A DNA stretch of 64,000 nt from Vicugna vicugna. Lineage: Eukaryota. The stretch lies in assembly GCA_013265495.1 (NCBI GenBank), contig MU058781.1, positions 11,575,009 to 11,639,008 on the forward strand, read 5' to 3'. This document shows, in pieces, positions 37,048-49,479 of this stretch; position 1 is the first letter of the stretch, and each line of letters opens with the position of its first letter. The notes beneath the pieces were generated by a model that made no database searches, was not told the origin of the DNA, and saw only the letters and a program-made list of their open reading frames with translations. The translations under genes and the position numbers were made by a program.

Positions 37048-40017
37048 ATAACCTTTTCCTTTTTTTAAGATCTCTCCCAAAAAAGCCAACTGAATTGCAA
37101 ACATCTTCACTAAACATCACAGCTGTTTGTCAAACAATCAATAGACAAAGTTTAGCCATCCAAAAATAAGTGAGAAGTTGCATAAGCTGATACTTACAAA
37201 GCACAGTAAAACACCTGAGGCAGAGGTAACTGGGTAAATCACATCTCTCTAATAAACGTGTTGACTTCAGTAAGTGAAGTAATTTCTATCAAAGAGGAAG
37301 GGGAAAACTCCCAATTTATTTCACTGCTTTGGTCATAACAACTACACATTTCTTTCTTCTTTATTTTTAACTTTTTCCCCCCATACCTATAATAGGTACA
37401 TATATATTTGTAGTTTTCAACTTAAGTCCTATGGAAGATATACTCAAGGCTATCTCATACCATTCCTAAAAAGACTTTACTGGCTGCTTCTAGAGATATT
37501 AAATAAGCATTTAAAATGCTTTATTTGTAATACTGGACCCCTCTTGGCTTTGGCCTGATCTAAATAGGTCACTCTGAGGTCACTGGGGGCCGTAAATCAG
37601 GGGGGGTGAACTGGTGGCCAAGACAGCCTGCATAGCTTTAGTGCAATGTGCTATTTTAGTTTGTGCCCCTGACGTGACACCATCTCTTTGGCACCAGTCA
37701 AAGAAAGCTTCCTAGACATCTATGGGAAGGGAATGCTTTGCAGTAATCCAAGGCATGGGTCACACAGGCATGGATTATTGTGGGGAGGTCTGTGTCTGCT
37801 CCAGATCCTGTGACAGATGAAGGAGGGAAAATGACTTCCAACCAAAGCATTTATCCAGGATTTCAGGGATGGAAACTGATCCAAGCAATCTTGGCAAACT
37901 GTGAAAGCAAAGAGTAACCAACTTCTTTCTGCACAGGAGATGAGGGCATCCCCTTCCTGCCCCTTCTCCAATCCCATTATTGGGTCTACTTGAGACCCCT
38001 GGAGAGTGATGTTTTTAAGAAAGTATCAACATAGTCAAATAACAATTATTATATTTATATGATGTAATATGTGGTATAATGAAACAAAAAGGTCCAACTC
38101 TTTCTAGCCAAGGCACATACGCTTTTATGTTCTATTTCTCAACATTTTTTCCATAAAGGGTATGACTTGGCCAGTCTGAACTTTTGGGATTTACTGGTTT
38201 TCAACATAATTTAATCTCCCTTCCTTCCCTCCTATTTAAAAAAATCTACCTTAGTTTCATCAGCAGTTTGCACAGAAAGACACAAATGGGCATCTATTCT
38301 TACAATTCTTTTTTTGATAAACCTTTTGCAATTTTCTTGCTCTCTCAGAACTGAAGTTCCCTCTGAAAGGGAAAAAAGGCTTACTTACCTGGCTTGGGGA
38401 AAGGAGAGGTTTGGTTCAAAAATGTGTGGCGTTTTTTTCCTAAGCATCATTTAGTCTCTAAGAGTGACAAGCATCTAATGGTTGAGTGGACTTCCTTTTG
38501 TCGGTACATCTCCATCTGGGAGAGCTCTCCTTTGGGGAGTTTGAAATTACTTTCCTAGAGACGGTAACCTCGGACAGGAGAAGTCACCTTATGCTATGTT
38601 GCATTTTACCAGAACATTGGACGGTCTAGCAAAAGCTTTGTGGTTTCCTGTAGTTTTTCTAGAAGTAAGAGCTTTCCCTGTAAGTGTCCAGGGAATATAT
38701 AAGCCTGAGAAATACTTTACACACATGACTGTGAACTCGTGATGTTTTACTATTCTAATCATTGCACCTGACAACAGATGACTGAGCAGTGCTGAAAATG
38801 AAGGCAGGCGGGGCTTGTGGGTCTAACAAAAGAAGCAATTGCAACTTTAATTTGTGCCAAGGAGTAATTTCGGCTGCCAGCCTCCCAGCTGACCACCACC
38901 TGAGAAACTGTTTCCTCCCACACGTGAGTCCTGTTCTGTTCTTGAAAGCCAGCCAAGGGCCTCCACTCTGATGATTTTTTTTTCTTTTTTCTATTAGTAT
39001 TACTATCATCATTATAATTGTTACAGTTATCATTACTATTATTATCCATCCAGCTATTTCTACTAACATACACCAGACTGGCTGTCAAGAAGGCACAGTG
39101 ACAAAACAGATGAAAGCACTTTAATTTGATAAGTTTGAAACAACAATGGGAAAGGAGCTCTCTAATTCCAATTACTGGTTTTTCAATAGCTTGGTAATCA
39201 AATCAATCATTCACTAATCATATGCAGCTCTCCCTTCAAACAAAAGCAAAGTCAAACACCAATGCTTCTTAATTCCATGAACTTTAACATTTTCTTTAAT
39301 CACAGAAAACAATAGCTGAAGCAAACTGGATCTCAGACAGGCAATTAAAAAATATATTGTGAGCATGACTCGTTTTTTTTCTTCCCAGATCTTTATGTGG
39401 TCCATAAACCTGAATGCATTTATATGTACTTTTAACTGAATGGACCTAATTCTAAATTTGTGTTTCTTTAGGGGGAAAGGGTCCTTTAAAAATGTGTCCA
39501 TTGCAAGGAAATATGGTTGCCTTAGTAACAAGCTCCTAGGCATTTTCCTTCCTTTATGTTGGAGGAAACTCATTGGATTGAAAGCTTTCTGCTTTCTTAG
39601 GCATGTTAAAGTGAGCTAAAAGCATGGAGGAAACCTAGAGCAAGCTTGAATTCTTCTAGGTAGATGTATGCCACTGTGCAGAAAAGATTACGTAACTGAA
39701 TGCTGCAGCTTTTTACATGAGATCATAGAGAATCTGTAATCAACCCCACTCTTAGATGAAGAAGTAGGCTGAACAAGGTTAGGGACTTGCCCAAGATCCT
39801 ACAGCTATGTAACAGGAGGTGTGGGGTTACAAGTCAGATTCCTAACAACTTGTCCAGTGCTGTTTCCACTCTATGATACCTCTGAAAAGTGGTTTATAAA
39901 CAGATGTTCTGTAAATAAGTCCCACTTTGAATATACTAGGTTAACCAAACATGTGAAAAAACTCTGTGCAGAATTCCTTTTCTATGTCACTTTCTAACCC
40001 ATTCTATAAATCCATTT

Positions 40018-40255
40018 TTTGAATCCATAGCAGGAATTAATATTTATTGAGTGCTTGCCATGTTTGAGGCACTATTCTAAGCACTTTCCCTGTAACAACA
40101 TTTCATCCACACACCCTGCGCTAGGAGTGTTTACTCTATTTTATAAATGAGTAAACTGAGGCACAGAGAGATTGAGTAACCTGCTCAAAGTCACAGAATG
40201 AATTAAGTGCAAAGCCCAGGCAGCGCAAGCCTGGAGATGAAGCTCTTGATTATTA
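40018..40255 (-). mobile_element. MIR SINE
   Basis: ATTTATTGAGTGCTT..AAATGAGTAAACTGAGGCACAGAGAG..AGTAACCTGCTCAAAGTCACAG core. Confidence 0.8.
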
Positions 40256-42186
40256 CCTTGCACAAGTGCACTTAAAATGAAGGAACTACCCGGACAGGAT
40301 TTCACGTTAATAGGCGAAGATGATCCATGACTCTGAAAACTGAAAACAAATACACTGGACGTTGGACTTAAGGATTCTCTCTTTAATCTTTAGCGATTAA
40401 GTTAAATGAATAATCAGTCTGGGAAGTATAAAGAGTATCACCTGGGAAGTACAATGAAAATATTGCGAATCAGGTATGAACATAATCTGCACAACCCAAC
40501 AGGTATTATTGTCCCATTTCACCACTGAGGAAACAAGTTTAGTTCAGCAATTACCTTGCTTAAGTCACATAGGTAATCAGAGGCAAAATGAGAATTTGAA
40601 TCTGAATCTTGTCTGACTCCCAGCTTGACTCTTTACTATGCCTGTTGCTGTTCAAATAATCACCTTGATAATCACGAATGTTCAGGAGAGAGATCTTATA
40701 GGCTCATCGAGCCTGGCTTTTTTGAGGTCTTAAATCTTGCCTTCAGAGCTGGGCCACAGGTAATCCACAGTGCGGTGGTTGTATCCGTCTATAGGTGGCG
40801 CTCTTTCGCACTGTAGCCGGTCGTAAAGAGAAAAATCTCTTTGGGGGAAAGAAATGTGGCCGGGCGTTTTGAAGGTTGGTAAAAAAAATTACTAAATTGT
40901 CCCATTTGGGCTTATAGTCCTAGTTGTAAATATATTTTAATTCCTGAAGGGAGTACACATCTAAGTAGGTATAAACAGAAAACATCTTTAAGTAGAAGTG
41001 AAAAGCCAAGGAATGGAGCCTAAGACCAAACTTCAGGCCAGAGCAGCTCCAAATACCTGTCACCCAGGTAAAGCAACAGTTAGAGAATATGGCAAATAGC
41101 AAGGACGCTGGAGGAGATATTCTTTAAACTGATTTAAATGGTGATAAAAAGAAAAAAAATCCCAAATTATGGTTTTCAACTTTTCAGAGGCTAGAACAGT
41201 CATGGAAAGAGACATCAAGACGCCGATAATGGTTACATCCTAGGTGATTAGATTACAAGGGATTTTTGTTGGGCTGTACTCTCATTTGACTTCAATGAAC
41301 TTGTATTACTTGGCTAATCACAAAAAATTTTACTACTGTTCCTTTAAAAAATTACTTGATAGAGTTTTTTTTTTATTACCAGATATGATTCTTGTGGGGG
41401 GAAAAATTAAAAAAACCCACGAATTTATGAGGTCCCTGAGTCCAGATCACCATTTATTTAAACAGTTTCAAATTCTTGAAAAGCTCTTGCCTAAGGCCCA
41501 ACCCCAAAGGCAGCATTTAAACAAGATGTCTGTAGATGACAAGATTAGCCACTTCAAACTGCAACCCTCAGAGTCAAATCCTACTCCACAGGGTGACCTG
41601 TGGAAACCTAGGCGGTGCCACTGGGTGTCAGAAGCTAGGATGGCTGCCGCCTCCCAGCCTGAAAGAAGAGGCGAAAGGAAAGGGGACCCAGAGAGAGCTG
41701 GGATGACAAATAAGTCCGAGGAAGAGCAAGAGAGGGAAAGATTCAACGGGAGAGAGAGAAAAGAAGGAGAGACAGGTAGTGCAGCTCAAAGCACCATGGC
41801 ATCATGGAAACCGTCCCTGGTCTGCTTATCCACCTGCTACTCCGGCACTGCTACCCCAGCGGTTCCGCTGTGTGCTGAGCACCGAGACAGACACCCTTCC
41901 CTTAAGCTGTTAGACAAGAGAGCACAGAAGAAAATTTTGTGCTATTTTCTACCATAAACTAAATCTTAAGTCATGACATTAAAAAAAAAAAAAAAGTATC
42001 TGGCGGAACCATTCAACTCCCGAGTTCCCTGGCTTTGCCTTGTCCTCCTTGGGTGCTGCCTAGATGGACATGCGCAACACCATCCCATCCAGGATGCTTT
42101 CAAAGTCCTCAAGGTCCTTACCCAAGCCGGGCCAAAGATAAGCAAAGTAGGCCAGAGAAAGTTTCCTGCCAGAAAGACGTGTTTAC

Positions 42187-42247
42187 CTTCACTAAAAATA
42201 TCATCCTCTTCATCCATCAGGAGCTCCTCGGGGTCCAGATACTGCAT
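42187..42247 (-). CDS. RIPOR2: RIPOR2 (FAM65B) coding first exon (exon 1a) of the N-terminally extended isoform; 20 codons + 1 nt
   Basis: Minus strand: AAG-ATG (A at -3) at 42247, reads MQYLDPEELLMDEEDDIFSE+G, then donor GAAG|GTAAAC at 42187/42186. Closely resembles the human RIPOR2 isoform start as I recall it (MQFFDAEELLVDEEDDVFGEG-LPTRLPEIMLVGSQ...). Not database-verified. Confidence 0.85.
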
Positions 42248-42420
42248 CTTGGAGACGGCAAGTCAGCGTGCGCAGCCCAGGCAGCCCCAGCAGCCACACT
42301 GCCCCCGAGGCGATTTCCTTCCCCGGGTTGCCTAAGCCCTCCGAGGAGGCAGCTTCCGCCTCTGCCCTGAGAAAGTAGCTTCATTCATATGAATAGTCTT
42401 CGTGAGCCTTTTGCAGAGTG
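42248..42420 (-). promoter_or_regulatory. RIPOR2: 5'UTR/promoter of RIPOR2 exon 1a
   Basis: Locally GC/CpG-rich stretch directly upstream of the ATG, with ETS-type GCAGCTTCCG (CGGAAG) at 42349-42358. TSS not locatable from sequence. Confidence 0.6.
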
Positions 42421-43249
42421 CATTCCTGGTGGGGTAATTTTCACCACGGAGAAGGATTTTTTTTTTTTTTGGAAGGGGACTGCAGATCGGGTTGGATATC
42501 GCATTAAGTCTGAGTGCACTTAATTCTATTTCAAAGCCACAACTTTCATATTTTCTAAAAGAGGAAGGTGGGCGTTTAACTTTCTTACTTATGAATTGAA
42601 CACAATGGGTAGTGTTGAAAGAGAGGGGGTTCACATTTCTCCTATCTTAGTTTTGCTTCAGTGACAATTTATCTGAAAGGAACACAAGCCACTAGCTAGA
42701 GCCAAGCAGGCATTGGGAGGGATAGAGTTTTTCTTTCACTAATAGTTGTATTTTTCTCTTTTGCAAGTCCCTCACATTGGAGGATTAGAAACTTTCCAAC
42801 ACTTAAACCCAACTGAACATACATCTAGGCTCTTATTGTCTCAATGAATCTACAGCCAATAAATAGATAATTCGTTTGGCTCAGACAAGTTCCATTTCAT
42901 AATACTGACTCAGTCTGATACTTCAGACATCACTAAAGAAGAAAGGAGAAAATGTAACTCAGAAAGCAGTTCCTCCTAGAGGGAGCAACCACTGAGCTGT
43001 CACATGAGTACCAGTGGTTGGCATCACCATATCGAAACACTCAAAATGTGCTGAATTCTGTATGGCTGTTTAAACACAAATCTCTGAGTGATACTGCAAC
43101 TTCACTTGGGGTTTTCCAGGCCTCTGCGTTGTGTTATAAGATGTCAGAAGCTCAGAGGATGCAAATGGAGGTGATGTGGGAAGTTGTTGGCCCAAGGTGT
43201 TTACTCCTGGCAACTTTATTTACTGAGTAGGGTTTCTTTTTTTAAAATA

Positions 43250-44148
43250 TGTATTACTGTACTTTTAATTGACCTAACCTTTTAGAGCAGTTTTAGATTC
43301 ACAGCAGAATTGAGAGGAAGTAACAGTGATCTCCCATATACCCCTTGCCCCAACACATGTATAGCCCCTGCCATTATCAGCGCTCTATCAGAGTGGCACA
43401 TTCGTTACAACTGATGAACCTATATTGATGCATCAGTATCACCCAGAGTCCAAGGTTTACATCAGTCCAAGGTTCATTCTTGGTATTGTATATTCTGTAG
43501 ATTTGGACAAATATATAATGACATATATCCACCATTATAGTTTCATACAAGGTAGTTTCTCTGCTCTAAAAATCCTGTGCTTCGCCTATTTAACCCTCCC
43601 TCCCTGCAACCCCTGGTAACCACTGATATTTTTACTATCTCCATAGTTTTGTCTTTTCCAGAACATCAGAGTTGGAATCATACGGAATGGAGACTTTTCA
43701 GATTGGCTTCATTCACTTAGTGGTATGCATATAAGGTTCCTCCTGGTCTTTTCATGGCTTGATAGCTCATTTCTTCTTAATGCTGAATAATACTTCATTG
43801 TCTGGATGTACCACAGTTTATTTATCTGTTCACCTACTGAAGGACACCTTGGTTGCTTCCAAGTTTGGGCAATTATGAATAAAGCGGATATAAACACCCA
43901 TGAGCAGGGTTTTGTGTGGACGTACATTTTCTACTCCTTTGAGTACGTAAAAAGGAGCAGATTACTTGGTTGTATGAAGAGTATGTTAAGTTTTGTCTGA
44001 AGCTGCCAAACTGTCTTCCCAAGAGGCTGTACCATTTTGGATCCCCACCACTAACAAATGGAAGTTCCTTTTGCTCCACATCCTCGCCAGCATTTGGTGT
44101 TCTGGATGTTGGCCATTCTACTAGGTATGTCATGGTATCTCACTGTAT
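43250..44148 (-). mobile_element. Old L1 (L1MB/MC-like) 3' region
   Basis: Minus ORF 43709-43927 (..ALFIIAQTWKQPRCPS..KLWYIQTMKYYSA) is the degenerate L1 ORF2 C-terminus. Confidence 0.85.
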
Positions 44149-44529
44149 TGCTAAGTGCTTTTGAAGAGACTACTGGTGCTACTCTCCAGAGTGAGAACCG
44201 CCCCCTCCTCCCTTAACTTATCTTTGAAATTACACCAGCTTTTCCCAGGGAAGAGTATGGAAAATGGGGCTGGAGAAGTCCAGCTGTAAGAAAGGATGTG
44301 TACAGAGGAATTCTAGAGTCAGTCATGAAGGGCTATTTGAGCACCAACAGTGGGTTTACCCCTGCGATGGGTGCTGTGGGGTTCCTAAAGAGCGTATGCA
44401 GCCTGGGGCCTGTTGGAACCTCCAATCACTCTTAACCAGGGCTAGGACCATCCTCAGGGAAGAATTTGGAAATAGTGGGTATTTTGGATTGCACAGTGAC
44501 TGGGGAGTGTGTCTGATATTTAATGTCTT

Positions 44530-45022
44530 TGTTTTTACATTTTTATTGATTTATAATCATTTTACAATGTTGTGTCAAATTCCAGTGTAAAGCACAATTT
44601 TTCAGTTATACAGGAACATATATATATTCATTGTCACATTTTTTCTCTGTGAGCTATCATTAGATCTTGTATATATTTGCCTGTGCTATACAGTATAATC
44701 TTGTTTATCTATTCTATAATTTTGAAATTCTGTCTATCCCTTCCCACCCTCTGCCCCCTTGGCAACCACAAGTTAGTATTCTATGTCTATGAGTCTGTTT
44801 CTGTTTTGTATTTATGCTTTGTTTGTTTGTTTGTTTGTTTTTTAGATTCCACATATGAGCGATCTCATATGGTATTTTTCGTTGTCTTTCTGGCTTACTT
44901 CACTTAGAATGACATTCTCCAGGAGCATCCACGTTGCTGCAAATGGCATTATGTTGTCGGTTTTTATGGCTGAGCAGTGTTCCATTGTATAAATATACCA
45001 CAGCTTCTTTATCCAGTCATCT
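44530..45022 (-). mobile_element. Young camelid L1 3' end with TSD
   Basis: Perfect 16-bp TSD TGATATTTAATGTCTT at 44514-44529 and 45023-45038; ORF WIKKLWYIYTME..AIK..IMPFAATWM. Confidence 0.92.
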
Positions 45023-45304
45023 TGATATTTAATGTCTTGGTAACCTTCCTGCAATGCATGGGACAGTGGCTCAAGAGGAAGGACTGTCCAGCCCTTAACA
45101 CCAATAGTGCCCCTCCCACCTTGAGAAATACAGAGAAGCAGCAGCTGGAGCTGAAGCCTGTCTCTAGATATCCTTTGCTCCCCTCCTTTCTGACTCTTCC
45201 ATCACCATCCCCCACCCCAATTTCCACCCAAATGACTTTTCTGGTTCAAGACTGTACTTATCTAAATTCCATTCATTAAAATGGGCCTGGATTATAAAAT
45301 GATA

Positions 45305-45913
45305 AAGCTGCTATGGAATACAGTATGGAGGTTTCTCAAACAATTAAAAATAAAATTACTATATAACCCAGCAACCCCACTTCTGGGCATATAATCCAAA
45401 ATTTGAAAGCAGGATCTTGAATTGATACTTGCATTGCCATGTTCATTGAAGCATTATTCAGAATAGTCAAGATGTAAAAGTAATCTACATGTCCATCAGT
45501 GGATGAATGGGTAAAGAAAACGTGGCATATATGTACAATGGAATATTATTCAGTCTTTAAAAAGAAGGAAATCCTGTCACAAGTCATAACATGGATGAAA
45601 CTTGATTACATTATGCTAAATGAAATAAGCCAGTCCCAAAAAGACCAATACTATTGATGTACCTAAAGTAGTCAAATTCATAGAAACAGCAAGCAGAATG
45701 GTGGTTCCCAGGGGCTGGGGGGAGAGGAAAATGGGAAGTTGTTCAGTGGTATAGAGTTTCAGACATGAAAGATGAAAAAGTTCTAGAGCTCTTTGGTACA
45801 ACAATGTACATATAGTTAACACTGAAATGTGGTCTTAAAAATTGTTAAGAGGGGAAGAAAAAAAATCAAGAGGGTAAATTTATGTTATGTGTTTTTTACC
45901 ACATACAAAAAAA
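45305..45913 (+). mobile_element. Old L1 (L1MB-like) 3' region
   Basis: CTATGGAATACAGTATGGAGG...GGATGAATGG...ATGGAATATTATTCAG...TTTTACCACA-polyA. Confidence 0.85.
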
Positions 45914-46396
45914 ATGGTCCCAAATGCAGGAAATTTTTGTGCAGACTGAAGCTCCATTCATTGTGGCTGGGGTGAGGAGACAGGCATCAATTTTCATCAT
46001 CACTACATTTCTCACCCACTGTCCTGTGTCCTTTAATCTTCACAACCCCAGGAGGTAGGTGTTATTATCTCATTTTACAGTTGAAGCAGTGGGACTCTGA
46101 GAGCTTAAATAACTTTCTTAAGAACACATAGCTAGTGAGTGGCAGATTGGAGTAACTCCAAAGCTCACTCCATTACCTCCCATCTAAACAGCTTTATGGA
46201 GTGACTACAAATGATCTGGGTCACCAGAGCATCCCAGTGGCTCCTGGGAATCTGCGCTATCTCCATTTCCTCCCACTTCGGAGCTGCCAGGTTACCATAT
46301 TGACCCTGGGGTCCCCAGCCATTCCACTTTAGCAAATTAGCACAATCATTTGGGGGACTATTTCTTTATCTTTAAATGGAGAAAATAAAATCTTTC

Positions 46397-46820
46397 TGTT
46401 ATGGGTTTAATTGTGTCCCCCCCACCACTCAAGTTTATATGTTGACATCCTAACCCCTAGTACCTCAGAATGTGACCTTATTTGAAATGTGATAATGGCA
46501 GATGTAATTGGTTAAGATGAGGTCATACTTAAATAGGATGGGCCCCTTACAAAAAGGGGAGAATTGGATTCCGATATGCACACAGGGAGAACACATGTGA
46601 AGAGAAGGCAGAGATCTAGAAGCCGCAGAATGCCAAAGATGGCCAGCAACCCACCAGAAGCATGGAACAGATTCTCCCTCATCTCTCTCAGGAGGAGCAA
46701 ACCCTGCTGACACCTTTATCTCAAACTTCTAGCCTCCCAAACTATGAAACAGTAAATTTCGGTTATTTAAGTCACCCAGTTTGGGGTGCTTTGTTACGGC
46801 AGCCCTAGCAAACTAATACA
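46397..46820 (+). mobile_element. MaLR solo LTR (MLT1B/C-like)
   Basis: TGTTATGGGTTTAATTGTGTCCCC...GCAGCCCTAGCAAACTAATACA; TSD CTTTC/CTTCC. Confidence 0.88.
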
Positions 46821-47349
46821 CTTCCTCATTTGGCTTGTTTTGAGGATGACATAGGTGCATTTGTGTAATGGAACTGACAAAGCACATGGCACATGGTGCA
46901 CATCGAGTTGTAATTATCCTACTCAAACCTCTCACAGAGCGGGTTAGGGCCATTTCTCTGGCTGAAGCCCCAATGGGGATGGAGGGTGGCTTGGTACAAA
47001 ATCTCAATAACCCTTGATATATTCCCCTCAGTCTTCTCCAGTATAGATATTTTAAAAAGACAGCTAACAATTTCAAAGAACAAATCACAAATGTCACTGA
47101 GAATGCCTTAAGAGCACTGTTATAGAAAACATACTCCTTGCTCCCAAAATTCACAGTCACCTTAGAGAGAGAAGACATATATATGCCTGATGTGTTGGCT
47201 AAGGAGGGAAATTGGTTACCTTCAGATGCATGCACCCATGTGGATACATTTCGAAAACATAATGTGGACTAAAGAAAGTCTCATAAAAATATAAATAGCA
47301 TGAGTCTCCTTATATAAATGACCCAAGTGGGCAAAAGGTAAAAAAAAAC

Positions 47350-47860
47350 AACAGCTAAACTGACAAAAAAGAGATTAATGGAAAAAGAGGCATACAAATT
47401 TTATTAACATTTTTATAATGCCTGGGGGCTCCATGGAAAAGAAGTGAAAATCCCAAAGGAGTGGTTAGACTTCGGGGCGATATACTATTTTAACAAAGAG
47501 TAGTAAGTTGTGGAGAAGTGATTAGACAAAGGAAGGTGGGGTGGTTTGGGGTCCTAGAGGTAGTAAATTGCGGGAAGGAGACTAGGAAATACATGATGGA
47601 TAAGGGTTTAATAAGATATGGTATGCAGACTCATCTCATCTCTGGTGATAAAAGTAGTCTTCAGTCCATGAATCATCTTCCTGTTCCTGGTACGGGAAAG
47701 GGGAACACTTTTACAAAGGGAAATTAATGTCCTGTTTATAGGCAAAAAAAGAGAAAGCAGAGCTTTCTCCTATGTCTGCTATTTCTGAATTGCCTTCACC
47801 TAAAAATAATCCTGATGCCAATGTGGCATATTTTGGGGTGATGTATTCTGATCCTTTTCA
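47350..47860 (-). mobile_element. ERV1 LTR (MER31/MER67/MER34-like)
   Basis: Ends GTGGCATATTTTGGGGTGATGTATTCTGATCCTTTTCA, a characteristic terminus of this LTR group. Confidence 0.65.
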
Positions 47861-49479
47861 AATCCATGCTAGAAAAGAAAGACTGCAGCTAGGGAAACGG
47901 TGCTCGGGGCTGGGCAAGTCAGTGAGGTGGAGTTACGGGGGTGCAGGTTAGAGAGAGCAGTTTTGAGTAAGCAGTGAGAGGTGAGTCTGGAACATTAACC
48001 AAAGGACCTTGCTTTTCAGTGATTGAGGCAAATAGCTCTGATAATTGGATTTCAGGAAGAGAACAAAAGTAAGGACGAGCCAGTATGAGCCAATTATTTT
48101 AATCAAAGGCTGATTTGTGACAATCTGAGCTAAGTTTAACAACACAACTCACCAAGGTCAAAAGCACAGGAACATGGCAAAACTTTTATACTCTGAACAG
48201 TTGGTACCTACTTAGTGCTGTACTCAGTGTGCAAATTTCAAAGACATGCAAGGCCTAGTCCATGCTTTGAGGGGCTTTACGTGCTCATTTCTGTGTTCAT
48301 TCATTTATTCATCCATCAATCCATCCATCCATCCAACCATCATCTATCTATTCAAAAAAATAATAATCAATTCCTACTGTATTTCAAGCCCGTGGGAAAC
48401 ATTTAAGTAAATGTATGAACGACTGTGTATGTGTTGTCTTGAATATATGAAAACCAACTTGGTGGTATTGTTTTGTGGCATAGGAACTTAAGTTATAATC
48501 ATTGGCTATTTATTAATTTTAAACATTTCTGCATGGTCTGCTGTTTTGAAAAAAAAATTACCATCTGTGAAATGCTTAGAGGGGGAAGTCACACTGATGG
48601 GAACATGTCATCATCCAATGTGGGCTTTCATTTCAATAGAGGATGAGCTTCACAATCTTCTCTCTGTATCTACTTCTGGAGAATTTCCCACTCCTTCCAG
48701 ACAGTGTTTCTAAATACTTTTCAGATGGAAAACTTCAGAGCAGGGAGAAGAATGTCAAGTAATTAGGGGTACTAGAAACAGAAAGGAGAACAAAGTAGAA
48801 AAGAGGAATTGAAACTGTGAAGAGTGTTTGGAATCAATAAAGAAAGAGAAGGTGAAAATGCCACAGAGCCAGAAATAATCTTATCTTTGGATACCTTTGC
48901 CTGTAAAAAAGCACATCAAATGTGTCTAACTGCAGGAGGACATGGACAAGGAGCTGGGGCTAAAGGAACACGATTTTAACGCTATTCCTGTCTTCAGGCC
49001 GTTAAGAGAAGATACCCACCTTGTGGGATGACAGTCCTCCCGGAGGCTTTGGAAGTCTTCCTGCTCACCTTCCCCAGTCTTAAGGGTATCTCTCAGCTGC
49101 AGGAGCCACACTCAAGGTCACTTACTACAGGTGCTGGGGAAGCCTGCCCGACAGACTGACCAAAGCCCTGGATGGATTTGCCCTAGTTCCATCTCCTCAT
49201 CCCCAGCTCTCTTGTAGCCTTGAAAACCAAGAGCCTACAATACAGGGAAAACCAGAAGACTAGCAGTCATTGAAGTGGTTAGAGGATGGGTTTGGAGCTT
49301 CTTTAAAGCCCCATTCCCAGAAAATTGTCACGATGTGACCTATCTGTTGTTTCCCTGGAAGATCCCATTTATAAGGCTGTCTTTATTTAACATTTATAAG
49401 GCTGTCTTTATTGAACTTGAGTCAGAGTTGCCCAGAGTGAATAGCCTTTTCTTTGGGCCTGCTTGTTAAAAACAATCAG

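Noticed and set aside
41244..41957. Longest ORF in the track (237 aa, + strand)
   Set aside because: GTG start, antisense to the RIPOR2 intron, runs through an L1-like fragment and a purine-rich tract, and has no recognisable domain.
41966..42186. Continuation of the MQYLDPEE.. ORF to 93 aa
   Set aside because: Similarity to RIPOR2 stops at the GT donor (42186); the remainder is intron read-through.
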